Shown here one piece after another: positions 19,051 to 28,456 of a stretch of DNA of 64,000 bases. Below the pieces are notes generated by a model. It did not search any database. It saw only the letters and a program-made list of their open reading frames with translations, and was not told the origin of the DNA. The translations under genes were made by a program, and so were the position numbers. The DNA comes from Alphaproteobacteria bacterium (GTDB taxonomy: Bacteria > Pseudomonadota > Alphaproteobacteria > Bin95). Within the stretch, counting starts at the first letter, position 1. Each line of letters starts with the position of its first letter. Location: the NCBI GenBank assembly GCA_965205265.1, contig CBDBGH010000003.1, positions 2,496,001 to 2,560,000 of the forward strand, written 5' to 3'.

Positions 19051-20792
19051 TCGAGCGGCTGGACAGGGACATACTGATCCTCGGCTCCGGGGGCGCGGGG
19101 CTGTTCGCCGCGCTCCACGCCTACCGCGCCGACCCCGCGCTCGACATCGCTATCGCGGCCAAGGGCCTGCTCGGCAAGAGCGGCTGCACCCGCATGGTGC
19201 AGGGCGGCTACAATGTGGCGCTCGCGCCCGGCGACAGCCTCGAACGCCATTTCATGGACACGATCGAGGGCGGGGCCTGGATCAACCACCAGGAGCTCGC
19301 CTGGACGCTGATCGAGGGGGCGGTCGAGCGCATCCGCGAGTTGGAAGACGAGATCGGCTGCTATTTCGACCGCAACCCCGACGGCAGCATCCACCAGAAG
19401 GCGTTCGCCGGGCAGACCTTCGACCGCACCGTCCACAAGGGGGACCTGACCGGCATCGAGATCGTCAACCGGCTGATGGAGCAGGTCTGGGCGCGGGCGG
19501 TGACGCGGCTGGAGGAGCACCGGGCGGCGGCGCTGATCCCGTCCCGCGACGGCTCGCGCCTCGCCGGCGTCCTCCTGATCGACATTCGCACGGGCGCGCT
19601 GCGCTTCGTGCGGGCCAAGGCCGTGCTGCTCGCGACCGGCGGCGGGCCGACCATGTACCGCTACCACACGCCGTCGGGCGACAAGACCTGCGACGGCATG
19701 GCGATGGCGCTCGAGGCGGGCCTCTCGCTGCGCGATATGGAGATGGTCCAGTTCCACCCGACCGGGCTCTATGCCGGCCCCGGCACGAGGATGACCGGCA
19801 CCGTGCTGGAAGAGGGCCTGCGCGGCGCCGGCGGCTATCTGCTCGGCGGCGACGGGACGCGCTTCATGGAGCGCTACGACCCGCGTCTGGAGCGCGCCAC
19901 CCGCGACATCGTGAGCCGCGCCATGGCGAGCGAGATGCGCGCCGGGAACGTGACCGAGAGCGGCGGGCTCTACATCTCCATGGCCCATCTGGGCCCGGAG
20001 TCGGTGGCGGCGCGCTTCAAGGGCATGGTCGAACGCTGCCGGGACTGCGGCTTCGACCTTGCCGGCGGGCTGGTCGAGGTCGTGCCGACCGCGCATTACA
20101 TGATGGGCGGCGTCGCCTTCGAGCCCGACACGACAACGGCGCTGCCGGGGCTCTACGCCGCCGGCGAGGACACGGGCGGCGTCCACGGCGCGAACCGGCT
20201 CGGCGGCAACGGCGTCGCCAATTCCACCGTCTATGGCGGCATTGCCGGCGACCGGATGGCGGCGGATGCGGGCCGCGAGCGCGCCTTCCCCGACCCCGAC
20301 GAAGCGGTTCTGGAGGAGGCCGCCGCGCGCTGCCTCGGGGTGTTCGACCGGCCGCCCGGCGATCTCGCCGGCGTCCGCGAGCGCCTCTCGGACCTGATGT
20401 GGGACGAGGTCGGCATATTGCGCTCGGCCGAAAGCCTCGACCGCGCGGAGGCCGGGCTTGCCGCGCTCGCGGCGGAGGTGGAGGCGGCCGGCGCGGCCGG
20501 CGGCGGGCGGGCCTTCAACCTCGCCTGGCAGGAACGCCTGAACATGGAGAGCCTCGTCACCGTCTCGCGCGCCATTGCGGCGGCGGCCCGCGCCCGCGAG
20601 GACTCGCGCGGCGCGCATTACCGCGAGGACTTCCCCGAGACGGGCGATCTCGCCGCCACGCGCTATACCGCCGTGCGCCTGGAGGACGGCGAATTCGTCT
20701 CCGCCTCCGAACCCGTCGCCTTCACCCGCGTCAGGCCCGGCGAGTCGCTGCTGGATCGAAGCCCGGATTCGGTGCGCGGCGGGAGGCTTTGA
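19047..20792 (+). CDS. Sdh/Frd/NadB-family flavoprotein subunit lacking the covalent-FAD histidine
   Basis: GSGGAG, SGCTRMVQGG, QFHPTG, AHYMMGG, GANRLGGN and EDSRGAHYR motifs. Confidence 0.9.
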   Translation: MIERLDRDILILGSGGAGLFAALHAYRADPALDIAIAAKGLLGKSGCTRMVQGGYNVALAPGDSLERHFMDTIEGGAWINHQELAWTLIEGAVERIRELEDEIGCYFDRNPDGSIHQKAFAGQTFDRTVHKGDLTGIEIVNRLMEQVWARAVTRLEEHRAAALIPSRDGSRLAGVLLIDIRTGALRFVRAKAVLLATGGGPTMYRYHTPSGDKTCDGMAMALEAGLSLRDMEMVQFHPTGLYAGPGTRMTGTVLEEGLRGAGGYLLGGDGTRFMERYDPRLERATRDIVSRAMASEMRAGNVTESGGLYISMAHLGPESVAARFKGMVERCRDCGFDLAGGLVEVVPTAHYMMGGVAFEPDTTTALPGLYAAGEDTGGVHGANRLGGNGVANSTVYGGIAGDRMAADAGRERAFPDPDEAVLEEAAARCLGVFDRPPGDLAGVRERLSDLMWDEVGILRSAESLDRAEAGLAALAAEVEAAGAAGGGRAFNLAWQERLNMESLVTVSRAIAAAARAREDSRGAHYREDFPETGDLAATRYTAVRLEDGEFVSASEPVAFTRVRPGESLLDRSPDSVRGGRL

Positions 20793-20845
20793 GCGGCAAG
20801 TTCCGGGCCGCGCTGCGGGCGGCCTTTCGCCTTCGGGAGCCAGCC

Positions 20846-21661
20846 ATGAAGATTGTCCAGTTGACCGACCTCCACCTCACCCGGCCCGGAGAGACCGTCG
20901 GGGGGCGGGACCCGAATGCGAATCTGGACCGCGCGCTGGCCCATGCGCTCGAGCAGCATCCCGATGCGGAAGCCCTGGTCATCACCGGCGATTTGTCGGA
21001 CCGGGGCGACCGCGGCGACTACGAGCGGCTGAAGGGCCGCCTCGCGGGGCTGCCGATCCCGGCCCGCCTCGCCATCGGCAACCATGACGACAGGACAGCG
21101 TTCCTCGAGGTCTTTCCGGAGCTCGCGGACGAGGACGGGCATGTGCAGCAGGCCTTCGAGCTCAGCCGGGGCACGGGACTCGTTCTCGACAGCTGGGGTC
21201 CGGACTCCCATGCCGGTTTCTATTGCGCGAGACGCTGCGCCTGGCTGCGCAGGGCGCTGGCGGCGGCCGGCGGACCGGCATACCTCTTCATCCACCACCA
21301 CCCGATTCCCACGCATATCGTCCCGATGGACCGGGTGATGCTCCGGGACGCAGAGGCGTTCGGCGCCGTCGTGGCGGAACACCGGAGCAAGATCGCCCAT
21401 ATCTTCTTCGGGCACTGCCACCTGCCCCTTGCCGGATCGTTCCACGGCGTGCCCGTGAGCGCACCGCGCGGCACCAACCATGCGCTCTTCGCGGATTTCC
21501 TCGAAAAGGAGCGGCTTCTCTCATCCGACCTGCCCGAATCCTATGCGGTCATCACCGTCGAGGGGCCATCCGTCACCGTGCTGATGCAGGAATACGGATA
21601 TCGGGGCGAGGTGCGCGCAGGCGGCGCCCCCTACAATCCCGCCCGCGACAGGGCTTCGTAA
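20846..21661 (+). CDS. Metallophosphoesterase (CpdA/GpdQ-like phosphodiesterase)
   Basis: TDLH, TGD, GNHD, HHHP and GHCH motifs. Confidence 0.9.
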   Translation: MKIVQLTDLHLTRPGETVGGRDPNANLDRALAHALEQHPDAEALVITGDLSDRGDRGDYERLKGRLAGLPIPARLAIGNHDDRTAFLEVFPELADEDGHVQQAFELSRGTGLVLDSWGPDSHAGFYCARRCAWLRRALAAAGGPAYLFIHHHPIPTHIVPMDRVMLRDAEAFGAVVAEHRSKIAHIFFGHCHLPLAGSFHGVPVSAPRGTNHALFADFLEKERLLSSDLPESYAVITVEGPSVTVLMQEYGYRGEVRAGGAPYNPARDRAS

Positions 21662-21830
21662 GCCGGCAACAGGCAGGCTAGGCGACAGGATATCGCACTC
21701 GAATCAGTAAACTTTCCAGCCTCCGAACGGAATAAGGCAATGTTGGAAGCAGGGGAGTTGCATCGATAACAGGCTCACGCAGAATGCCGGGGAAACGCAG
21801 TCGGTATTTGCAGGGCGCCGGAGCCGGCCG

Positions 21831-22007
21831 ATGAGGCTCCGCATCCACAGGGGCGCCAAGGAGGTCGGTGGTACCTGCATCGAGGCGGAGGCAAGAGGCA
21901 GGCGCCTCGTGCTGGATGTCGGCCTACCGCGCGGCGCGCCGGACGAGGCGCAGGACCGGCTGCTTTCCGAGGTTCCGGGAGCACTGCCGGACGCTTTCCA
22001 GTTTTAA
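21831..22007 (+). pseudogene. 5' fragment of an MBL-fold (RNase J-like) hydrolase
   Basis: MRLRIHRGAKEVGGTCIEAE...LVLDVGLP, then a stop before the HxHxDH motif. Confidence 0.7.
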
Positions 22008-22415
22008 GCGCCTCAAATTCGATCAGGAGTGCGCTATTGTTACTTTCGTTGACCCTGCCCCTTTTTCTTGATGTCGAAGGAATACCTTGAAATGCTTCCC
22101 AAGCTAGTCACAATGTCTTGAGTTTTCGTCGGCCCCTTGACACGGGTTTTGACACAATCATATAGGGTTGAAATTGACCGCAAGCCTCCTCTCAGTACCA
22201 GGAACAAGTTTCATGCCATGACCTGATTTTACAGAACTAATCTTTGGATATGTTTTTCTGAGAGAATTTGAACAGAATTACGTCCCGGGTGGTCACTTCC
22301 CGAAAGCTCCTGATTTTCTTAGTCAGGTGATCGAAGCCACCCGAGGATACGATGTAGAAATTTCCTTAAGAGATACGGTGCCTGTATATTTGCAACTAAA
22401 GAGATCATATGTATT

Positions 22416-22663
22416 GGGGCTTATATGGATAGGTTGACAACAGGTTTGGGAGGCTTCGCACCTTCTCTCCGGCGTCCAACCCGCCTCCATATCGTCATAC
22501 CCGGACTTGTTCCGGGTATCCATGCGGCCGTCCGGCGGCAGCGGTGGAGAGAGATACCCGGAACAAGTCCGGGTATGACGGAGGGGACGTGACGGAGGGG
22601 GCGTTGAGGTATGACGGAAGAAATGTCGTCGGTCTCCCCCGTCAACCTATCTTTGTAATCTCC
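22416..22663. mobile_element. 248-bp non-autonomous MITE with IS1595-like ends, carrying a REP-like palindrome
   Basis: 23-bp TIRs GGGGCTTATATGGATAGGTTGAC / rc GGAGATTACAAAGATAGGTTGAC (18/23 identical); 8-bp TSD TATGTATT at 22408-22415 and 22664-22671. Confidence 0.8.
22493..22580. repeat. REP-like inverted doublet, family A (copy 1)
   Basis: CGTCATACCCGGACTTGTTCCGGGTATC ... GATACCCGGAACAAGTCCGGGTATGACG. Confidence 0.85.
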
Positions 22664-23084
22664 TATGTATTAGAGCGAAGAAATGTCAAAGAGATACAAG
22701 ATGGGATTTAAGACAACCTTCTTATTCACTGGATGCACCTGCGTAAGAATATAGGAGAGTGGGCTTACCTGTACTCTACAGAACTTAAACAGTTTCGTCG
22801 TAAATTCTCCAACACTGATGTCTGGATTTCACATTTGCATAGAAGGAGATTGAGGCTCGAAGATAATCGACGAATACTTTCCGAAATTGTAAAATTTCTT
22901 GTCACCAAGCTCCGCTCCAGTGACCCTTTGCAAAGCTTAGCCGCGGGGAAGATTATAGAACAACAAGCTTTCATCTTAGCTTATTTCCTTCTCGATGCTC
23001 AACTCACATTCGTTAAGGAAGAGGAAGCGTAGTCGTCGAGGACAGACGGAGGCCAAACCAGCCCTTGGATCAGTTACGTCTGCT

Positions 23085-23822
23085 CTACTCCAGCATCGCC
23101 GCCCTGAGCTGCGCCCGGTCCTCTGCACCGAAGCCCACCGCGCTGTCGAGCCAGCCTTCCAACCCGCCATGCTCCCTGTCCAGCGTGGCCCATGAAGCTG
23201 CCAGATACTCCTCCCGCGCCGAGAAGACGGGCTCGTAGATTTCGCGGTGCAGGCCCTGGGGTTCGCGGTTGCCGCGGTCCCAGTGGCGGTTGGTGAGCAG
23301 GTAGTCCTCCATGATCGTGGTGCGCGGCACGCCGAGCGCCTCCAGCACCACGGCGGCGGCGAAGCCGGTGCGGTCCTTGCCGGCGGTGCAGTGGAAGAGC
23401 AGCGGCGGCGCGTCTTCCGCGATCAGCCGGCGCAGGATGACCCCGCAGGCGCATGCGTATTTCTCCGGATAGCGGGCATAGCTGTCCCTGAGGCGCGTCC
23501 ACGCCGCTTCGGCCGAGGACACGCCGCCCGCATGCATCGTCTCCAGCAGCGAGTTCGCCGGCTGGTCGGGAAGGCCGATATGCACGCTTGCGACCGACTC
23601 CGGCAGGCGGGCCGGCTCGCCCGCGCGCTCCGGCCCGTAGCGCAGGTCCAGCGCCTCCTCGAGGCCGAGCGCCGCCAGCGTCCCGCCGTCGCCGGAGGTC
23701 AGCCGGTGCAGCCCGTCGGCCCGGAACAGGCGCCGCCAGCGGACCCGGCGGCCGTCAAGGGCCTCGTAGCCGCCGAGGTCGCGGAAATTCGTGGCGCCCT
23801 CAAGCGCGATCAGCCGGTGCAT
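23085..23822 (-). CDS. Tyrosine-protein phosphatase (Y_phosphatase3 family)
   Basis: NFRDLGGY, HCTAGKDRTG and DYLLTN motifs. Confidence 0.92.
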   Translation of the reverse strand: MHRLIALEGATNFRDLGGYEALDGRRVRWRRLFRADGLHRLTSGDGGTLAALGLEEALDLRYGPERAGEPARLPESVASVHIGLPDQPANSLLETMHAGGVSSAEAAWTRLRDSYARYPEKYACACGVILRRLIAEDAPPLLFHCTAGKDRTGFAAAVVLEALGVPRTTIMEDYLLTNRHWDRGNREPQGLHREIYEPVFSAREEYLAASWATLDREHGGLEGWLDSAVGFGAEDRAQLRAAMLE

Positions 23823-23860
23823 GGCGGCGGTTATCCCCCCTTTCCAGAATATCCCCAGAG

Positions 23861-23927
23861 ACTCGACTATAGTGCCCCGGTCTAATGGCGCTCCCATGAC
23901 AGCACAAGCCGATCCCTGGTTCGCCGA
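23861..23927 (+). repeat. Left copy of the 67-bp target-site duplication of the IS1634-like element
   Basis: Identical to 25844-25910; contains the dnaB upstream sequence and first 10 codons. Confidence 0.92.
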
Positions 23928-25843
23928 CCTGACTTCGACGGTTGGGCTGACTTCTGACCGATCTCGCGTCTGGAGTTTTCAGTAAAGCCAATGAGTTGGC
24001 AGTTGCGGTGCGGTCAAGCTGCGTTGTAGTGCCTAGTAAATCTTTGAGACTGTCAATGCCTCCGCCACGCGCTACACTCCCCCCATGTTCGTGCGCATCA
24101 AGACCTCCCCCAACAGCCCGCGACGCTCGGTCCAGATCGTCGAGGCCGTGCGCGACGGCGGCAAGGTCCGACAGCGCATCGTCCGCCATGTCGGCGTGGC
24201 CATGGACGAGGACGAGCTCGAGCGCCTGAGGCAGCTCGGCGAGTACGTCAAGGCGAAGCTGGAGGACGAGCGTCAGCCGGCATTGTTTGCGCCCGAGAAG
24301 ATCGCTGAGCAGGCGATCCGTGTCGGCCGCCGGGGGGACGGCAAGGAGGAACTCCCGGTCGACCTCAAGCAGCTTGAAGAGGAGCAGCGCCTGATCACAG
24401 GCATCCACGAGGTCTATGGCGAGATCTACCGGCTGCTGGGCCTCGACGCGCTGCTGCCGCGCTCGCGCTACCGGGCCTCCCATGACGCGCTGTTCCATGT
24501 GGTGATGGCGCGGGTAGCCAACCCCGACAGCAAGCGGGGCAGCGTGCGCCGGCTCGAGGAGGACTTCGGCGTGAGTCTTCCGCTCGAGAAGGTCTACCGG
24601 ATGATGGATCAGCTCGACGCGACGGTGATCGAGCGACTGCGCACGCGCGTCGGCGAGGCGAGCCGGTCGCTGCTGCCGGAGCCGGTCGCGATCCTCTTCT
24701 TCGATTGCACCACGCTCTACTTCGAGACGGCCGCCGAGGACGAGCTTCGCCAGCACGGCTTCAGCAAGGACGGCAAACACAAGGACTCGCAGGTTCTGCT
24801 GGCGCTGATGGTGACGCGCGAAGGGCTGCCGATCAGCTACGAGGTCTTCCCCGGCGCCACCTACGAGGGACACAGCATGGTCCCGGTCCTGCAGGACATG
24901 CAGCGCCGCCACCAGGTGGAGCGCACGGTATGCGTGGCCGACCGGGGCATGCTGAGCGCCGACAACCTCGACGCCATGGACGCCATCGGCGGCGAGTATG
25001 TCGTCGGCGCGCGGCTGCGCAAGCTGCCGCTCGCGCTGCTGGGGCAGGTTCTCGACCCCGGGACCTATGCCCCGCTGGAGGGCTCACAGGACCGCCGGGT
25101 CGGCGAGTGGGAGTACAAGGGCCGTCGCCTGATCGTCGTCTTCTGCCCCCAGCGCGCACGCAAGGACGCGCACGAGCGCCGCCATCAGGTGGAACGCCTG
25201 CTCGACAGGCTGGCCCGCAGCGACAATCCCAGGGAACTGCTCTCCAATCACGGGGCGAAGCGCTTCATCGCCGTCGAGGGCGACGCACGGCTCACGGTGA
25301 ACCCGGAGAAGATCGCCGAGGCCGCACGATGGGACGGGCTCACCGGCGTCATCACCAATCTGCGCGACGCGCGCGTCACCGAAGTGATGGCTCACTACCA
25401 GGGGCTCTGGCAGGTCGAGGAGAGCTTCCGGATCACCAAACACGACCTGAAGATACGTCCCATCTGGCACTGGAACCCGGACCGGATCCGCGCTCACATC
25501 GCCATCGCCTTCCTGGCCTTCGCCTGCGTTCGACACCTTGCGTACCGCGTCGCCATCCAGAAGCGGCGGATGTCCCCGGAGGTCATCCGCTCCGCCCTCG
25601 TCCACCGCCAGTGCTCCCTGCTGCGCTGTCGGCAATCGGGCAACCGCTACGTCATCCCCTCGAAGCCGACACCGGCGGCGGAGCAGATTTACGCAACCAT
25701 GGGGCTGCCCCTGACGATCACCCCGTATCAACTCGCCTGACCGTCGACGAAGCACGGCTCGAAGAAATGCCGGATGTAGTGCCTAGCCGAAATGAGAACC
25801 AGGCAATATCAACTACTTATGCGAATCAACCGTCGAAGTCAGG
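23928..25843 (+). mobile_element. IS1634-family insertion sequence
   Basis: Perfect 17-bp TIRs CCTGACTTCGACGGTTG / CAACCGTCGAAGTCAGG; single transposase; long flanking direct repeat. Confidence 0.9.
24085..25740 (+). CDS. IS1634-family DDE transposase
   Basis: MFVRIK, FFDCTTLYFE, GFSKD, VADRGM and YQGLWQVEESFRITK motifs. Confidence 0.9.
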   Translation: MFVRIKTSPNSPRRSVQIVEAVRDGGKVRQRIVRHVGVAMDEDELERLRQLGEYVKAKLEDERQPALFAPEKIAEQAIRVGRRGDGKEELPVDLKQLEEEQRLITGIHEVYGEIYRLLGLDALLPRSRYRASHDALFHVVMARVANPDSKRGSVRRLEEDFGVSLPLEKVYRMMDQLDATVIERLRTRVGEASRSLLPEPVAILFFDCTTLYFETAAEDELRQHGFSKDGKHKDSQVLLALMVTREGLPISYEVFPGATYEGHSMVPVLQDMQRRHQVERTVCVADRGMLSADNLDAMDAIGGEYVVGARLRKLPLALLGQVLDPGTYAPLEGSQDRRVGEWEYKGRRLIVVFCPQRARKDAHERRHQVERLLDRLARSDNPRELLSNHGAKRFIAVEGDARLTVNPEKIAEAARWDGLTGVITNLRDARVTEVMAHYQGLWQVEESFRITKHDLKIRPIWHWNPDRIRAHIAIAFLAFACVRHLAYRVAIQKRRMSPEVIRSALVHRQCSLLRCRQSGNRYVIPSKPTPAAEQIYATMGLPLTITPYQLA

Positions 25844-25910
25844 ACTCGACTATAGTGCCCCGGTCTAATGGCGCTCCCATGACAGCACAAGCCGATCCCT
25901 GGTTCGCCGA
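25844..25910 (+). repeat. Right copy of the 67-bp target-site duplication
   Basis: Identical to 23861-23927. Confidence 0.92.
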
Positions 25911-27396
25911 AGAACCGCCCTTCGAGGCCCCGCCCGACGACGGCCCCGCTTACCGCGAGCTTCCGGCCAATCTGGAGGTCGAGATGGCGCTGCTCGGCGC
26001 GATCCTGGTGGACAACCGTCTTCTGGAGCAGGTTGGCGACTTCCTGGAGCCGGACCATTTCTTCGACCCGAGCCACCGGCGCATCTACGAGGCCGTCCAG
26101 CGGGTGACCGAGCGCGGCGGCCAGGCGAGCCCCGCAACGCTGAGGGACCATTTCCAGCAGCAGGACCGGCTGGCCGATGTCGGCGGGCCGCGCTACCTCG
26201 CCGAACTGGCCGCGAGCGCCATCGGCGTCATCGACGCGGTCTCCTTCGGACAGGCCATCCACGACCTGCATCTGCGCCGCGCGCTCATCTCCATCGGCGG
26301 CGAGGTGGTCAACGAGGCCTATGACAGCGACCTCGAACTGACCGCCGCCGGCCGGATCGAAAAGGCGGAGCACCGGCTGTTCGAGCTCGCCACGACCGGA
26401 GCCGAGCACACGGGCTTCCGCCCCTTCTACGGCACGCTCGCCTCCGCTATCGACATGGCCGAAAGCGCCTTCCGCCGGGAAGGCAGCCTGACGGGCGTGA
26501 CCACCGGCTTCCGGGACATCGACGCAAAGCTGGGCGGCCTCCAGCGCTCCGACCTGCTCGTGCTGGCCGGGCGGCCCGGCATGGGCAAGACCGCGCTCGC
26601 GACCAATATCGCCTTCAACGCCGCGCGGGCGCGCGTCCGGGAACGCGGCGAGGACGACGAGGTCCACGAGATCGACGGCTACGCGGTCGCCTTCTTCTCG
26701 CTGGAGATGTCGGCCGAGCAGCTGGCGCTGCGCATCCTGTCCGAGCAGGCGCAGGTGTCCTCCGACGAGATCCGGCGCGGGCGCATCAGCCAGGCCGAGT
26801 TCGACGCGGTGTTCCGGGCAAGCCAGGACCTGGAAGACCTGAAGCTCTTTATCGACGACACGCCGGCGATCAGCGTTTCGCAGCTTCGCACCCGCGCCCG
26901 GCGCCTGCTGCGGAGCAACGGGCGCCTGGACCTGATCGTGGTGGACTATATCCAGCTCATGCAGCCGGGCGCCGGGCGGCGGCCGGAAAACCGCGTGCAG
27001 GAAGTCTCCGAGATCACCCGCGGCCTCAAGACCGTGGCCAAGGAGCTCGACCTGCCGATCCTCGCCCTCTCCCAGCTTTCCCGCGCCGTGGAGCAGCGCG
27101 AGGACAAGCGCCCCCACCTTGCGGACCTGCGCGAATCGGGCTCTATCGAGCAGGACTCCGACGTGGTGATGTTCATCTACCGCGAGGACTATTACCTCGC
27201 CCGCCAGGAGCCGCCGGCAGGCACCGACAAGCATATCGAGTGGCAAGAGCAGATGAACGAGGTCCACAATCTGGCCGATGTCATCGTCGCCAAGCAGCGC
27301 CACGGGCCGACCGGCAGGATCAAGCTCTTTTTCGAGGGCCAGTTCACCCGCTTCGCCGACCTCGAAAAGCATCGAGATGACGAACCGCCAAGCTGA
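25879..27396 (+). CDS. dnaB: Replicative DNA helicase
   Basis: AGRPGMGKT, FFSLEMS, VDYIQL, DLRESGSIEQD and KQRHGPTG motifs. Confidence 0.97.
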   Translation: MTAQADPWFAEEPPFEAPPDDGPAYRELPANLEVEMALLGAILVDNRLLEQVGDFLEPDHFFDPSHRRIYEAVQRVTERGGQASPATLRDHFQQQDRLADVGGPRYLAELAASAIGVIDAVSFGQAIHDLHLRRALISIGGEVVNEAYDSDLELTAAGRIEKAEHRLFELATTGAEHTGFRPFYGTLASAIDMAESAFRREGSLTGVTTGFRDIDAKLGGLQRSDLLVLAGRPGMGKTALATNIAFNAARARVRERGEDDEVHEIDGYAVAFFSLEMSAEQLALRILSEQAQVSSDEIRRGRISQAEFDAVFRASQDLEDLKLFIDDTPAISVSQLRTRARRLLRSNGRLDLIVVDYIQLMQPGAGRRPENRVQEVSEITRGLKTVAKELDLPILALSQLSRAVEQREDKRPHLADLRESGSIEQDSDVVMFIYREDYYLARQEPPAGTDKHIEWQEQMNEVHNLADVIVAKQRHGPTGRIKLFFEGQFTRFADLEKHRDDEPPS

Positions 27397-28456
27397 GGCC
27401 CCGGCCTCGCCGGGCCGGCTCACCATCGACCTCGACGCCATCGCCGGCAATTGGCGCAAGCTTTGCGGTCCGGCGGCGCCGGCGGCCGTCGCCGGCGTCG
27501 TCAAGGCGGACGCCTACGGGCTCGGCATGGATCGGGTGGCGCCGGCGCTCCAGCGGGCCGGCTGCTCCCTGTTCTTCGTGGCCGGGCTGGAGGAGGGCGC
27601 GGCGCTCAGGGCGCTGCTGCCCGATGCGGAGATCGCCGTGCTGAGCGCGCCGGTGGATGGCTTCCAGGCGGCCTATCGCGACTGCCGCCTGCTGCCGGTC
27701 CTGAACCATGCGGGCGACCTCGCCGCCTGGCCGGGCGAGGACGCCGTGCTGCATATCGACACCGGCATGACCCGCCTCGGCCTCGACGCCGCCGATGCAG
27801 CCGCGCTCGACCGGCGCCGCTTCCGCCTGGTGATGAGCCATCTCGCCTGCGCCGACGAACCGGACCATCCACTGAACGACGCCCAGCGGCGCCTGTTCGC
27901 GGAGCTGGCCGCCCGGTTCGACGCCCCTGCGAGCCTCGCCAACTCCGCCGGCATCTTCCTCGGCCCCGGCTACCGGTTCGACACCGTCCGGCCGGGCATG
28001 GCGCTGTACGGCCTCAACCCGACGCCGGACCGGGCGAACCCGATGCAGCCGGTCGTCCGCCTGGAGGCCCGCGTGCTCCAGGTCCGCGAGGTGGACCGGC
28101 CGCTCACCGTCGGCTACGGCGCCACGGCCGAAGTCCGCGCCGGCCAGCGGCTGGCCACGGTTGCCGCCGGCTATGCAGACGGCTATCTACGCGCCGCAAG
28201 CCCGAGGGCCGGCGCGCTGCTGCACGGCCGGAGGGCGCCGTTGGTCGGGCGCGTGTCGATGGATTCGATCGTAGTGGATGTGACCGGGCTGCCGCCGGGC
28301 TCCGTGAAGCCCGGCGACTGGGCCGTGCTGCTCGGCGAGGGCATGGACGCCGACGAACTGGCGGCGGCCGCCGGCACCATCGGCTACGAAATCCTGACCT
28401 CGCTCGGCGCGCGCTATGCGCGGTCTTATACCGGCGGCGGGGGCTCCGGCGCTTGA
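27377..28456 (+). CDS. alr: Alanine racemase
   Basis: VKADAYGLG, HIDTGMTRLG, GYADG, GRVSMD and TIGYE motifs. Confidence 0.95.
   Translation: MTNRQAEAPASPGRLTIDLDAIAGNWRKLCGPAAPAAVAGVVKADAYGLGMDRVAPALQRAGCSLFFVAGLEEGAALRALLPDAEIAVLSAPVDGFQAAYRDCRLLPVLNHAGDLAAWPGEDAVLHIDTGMTRLGLDAADAAALDRRRFRLVMSHLACADEPDHPLNDAQRRLFAELAARFDAPASLANSAGIFLGPGYRFDTVRPGMALYGLNPTPDRANPMQPVVRLEARVLQVREVDRPLTVGYGATAEVRAGQRLATVAAGYADGYLRAASPRAGALLHGRRAPLVGRVSMDSIVVDVTGLPPGSVKPGDWAVLLGEGMDADELAAAAGTIGYEILTSLGARYARSYTGGGGSGA

Larger units (their letters stand above)
22213..23032 (+). pseudogene. AT-rich PD-(D/E)xK-like nuclease pseudogene interrupted by a MITE
   Basis: MP*PDFTELIFGY...GYDVEI...VYLQLKRSYVL | (MITE) | ERRNVKEIQDG* ... 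MHLRK; in-frame stops. Confidence 0.6.

Noticed and set aside
22323-22645. Small ORFs containing MDTRNKSGYD / WIPGTSPGMT (also at 37.1-37.5 kb and 44.2-44.8 kb)
   Set aside because: They are translations of the REP-like palindrome, not real genes.
23800-23985. Apparent second dnaB start or small ORF MTAQADPWFADLTST
   Set aside because: It is a by-product of the 67-bp target duplication reading into the IS end.
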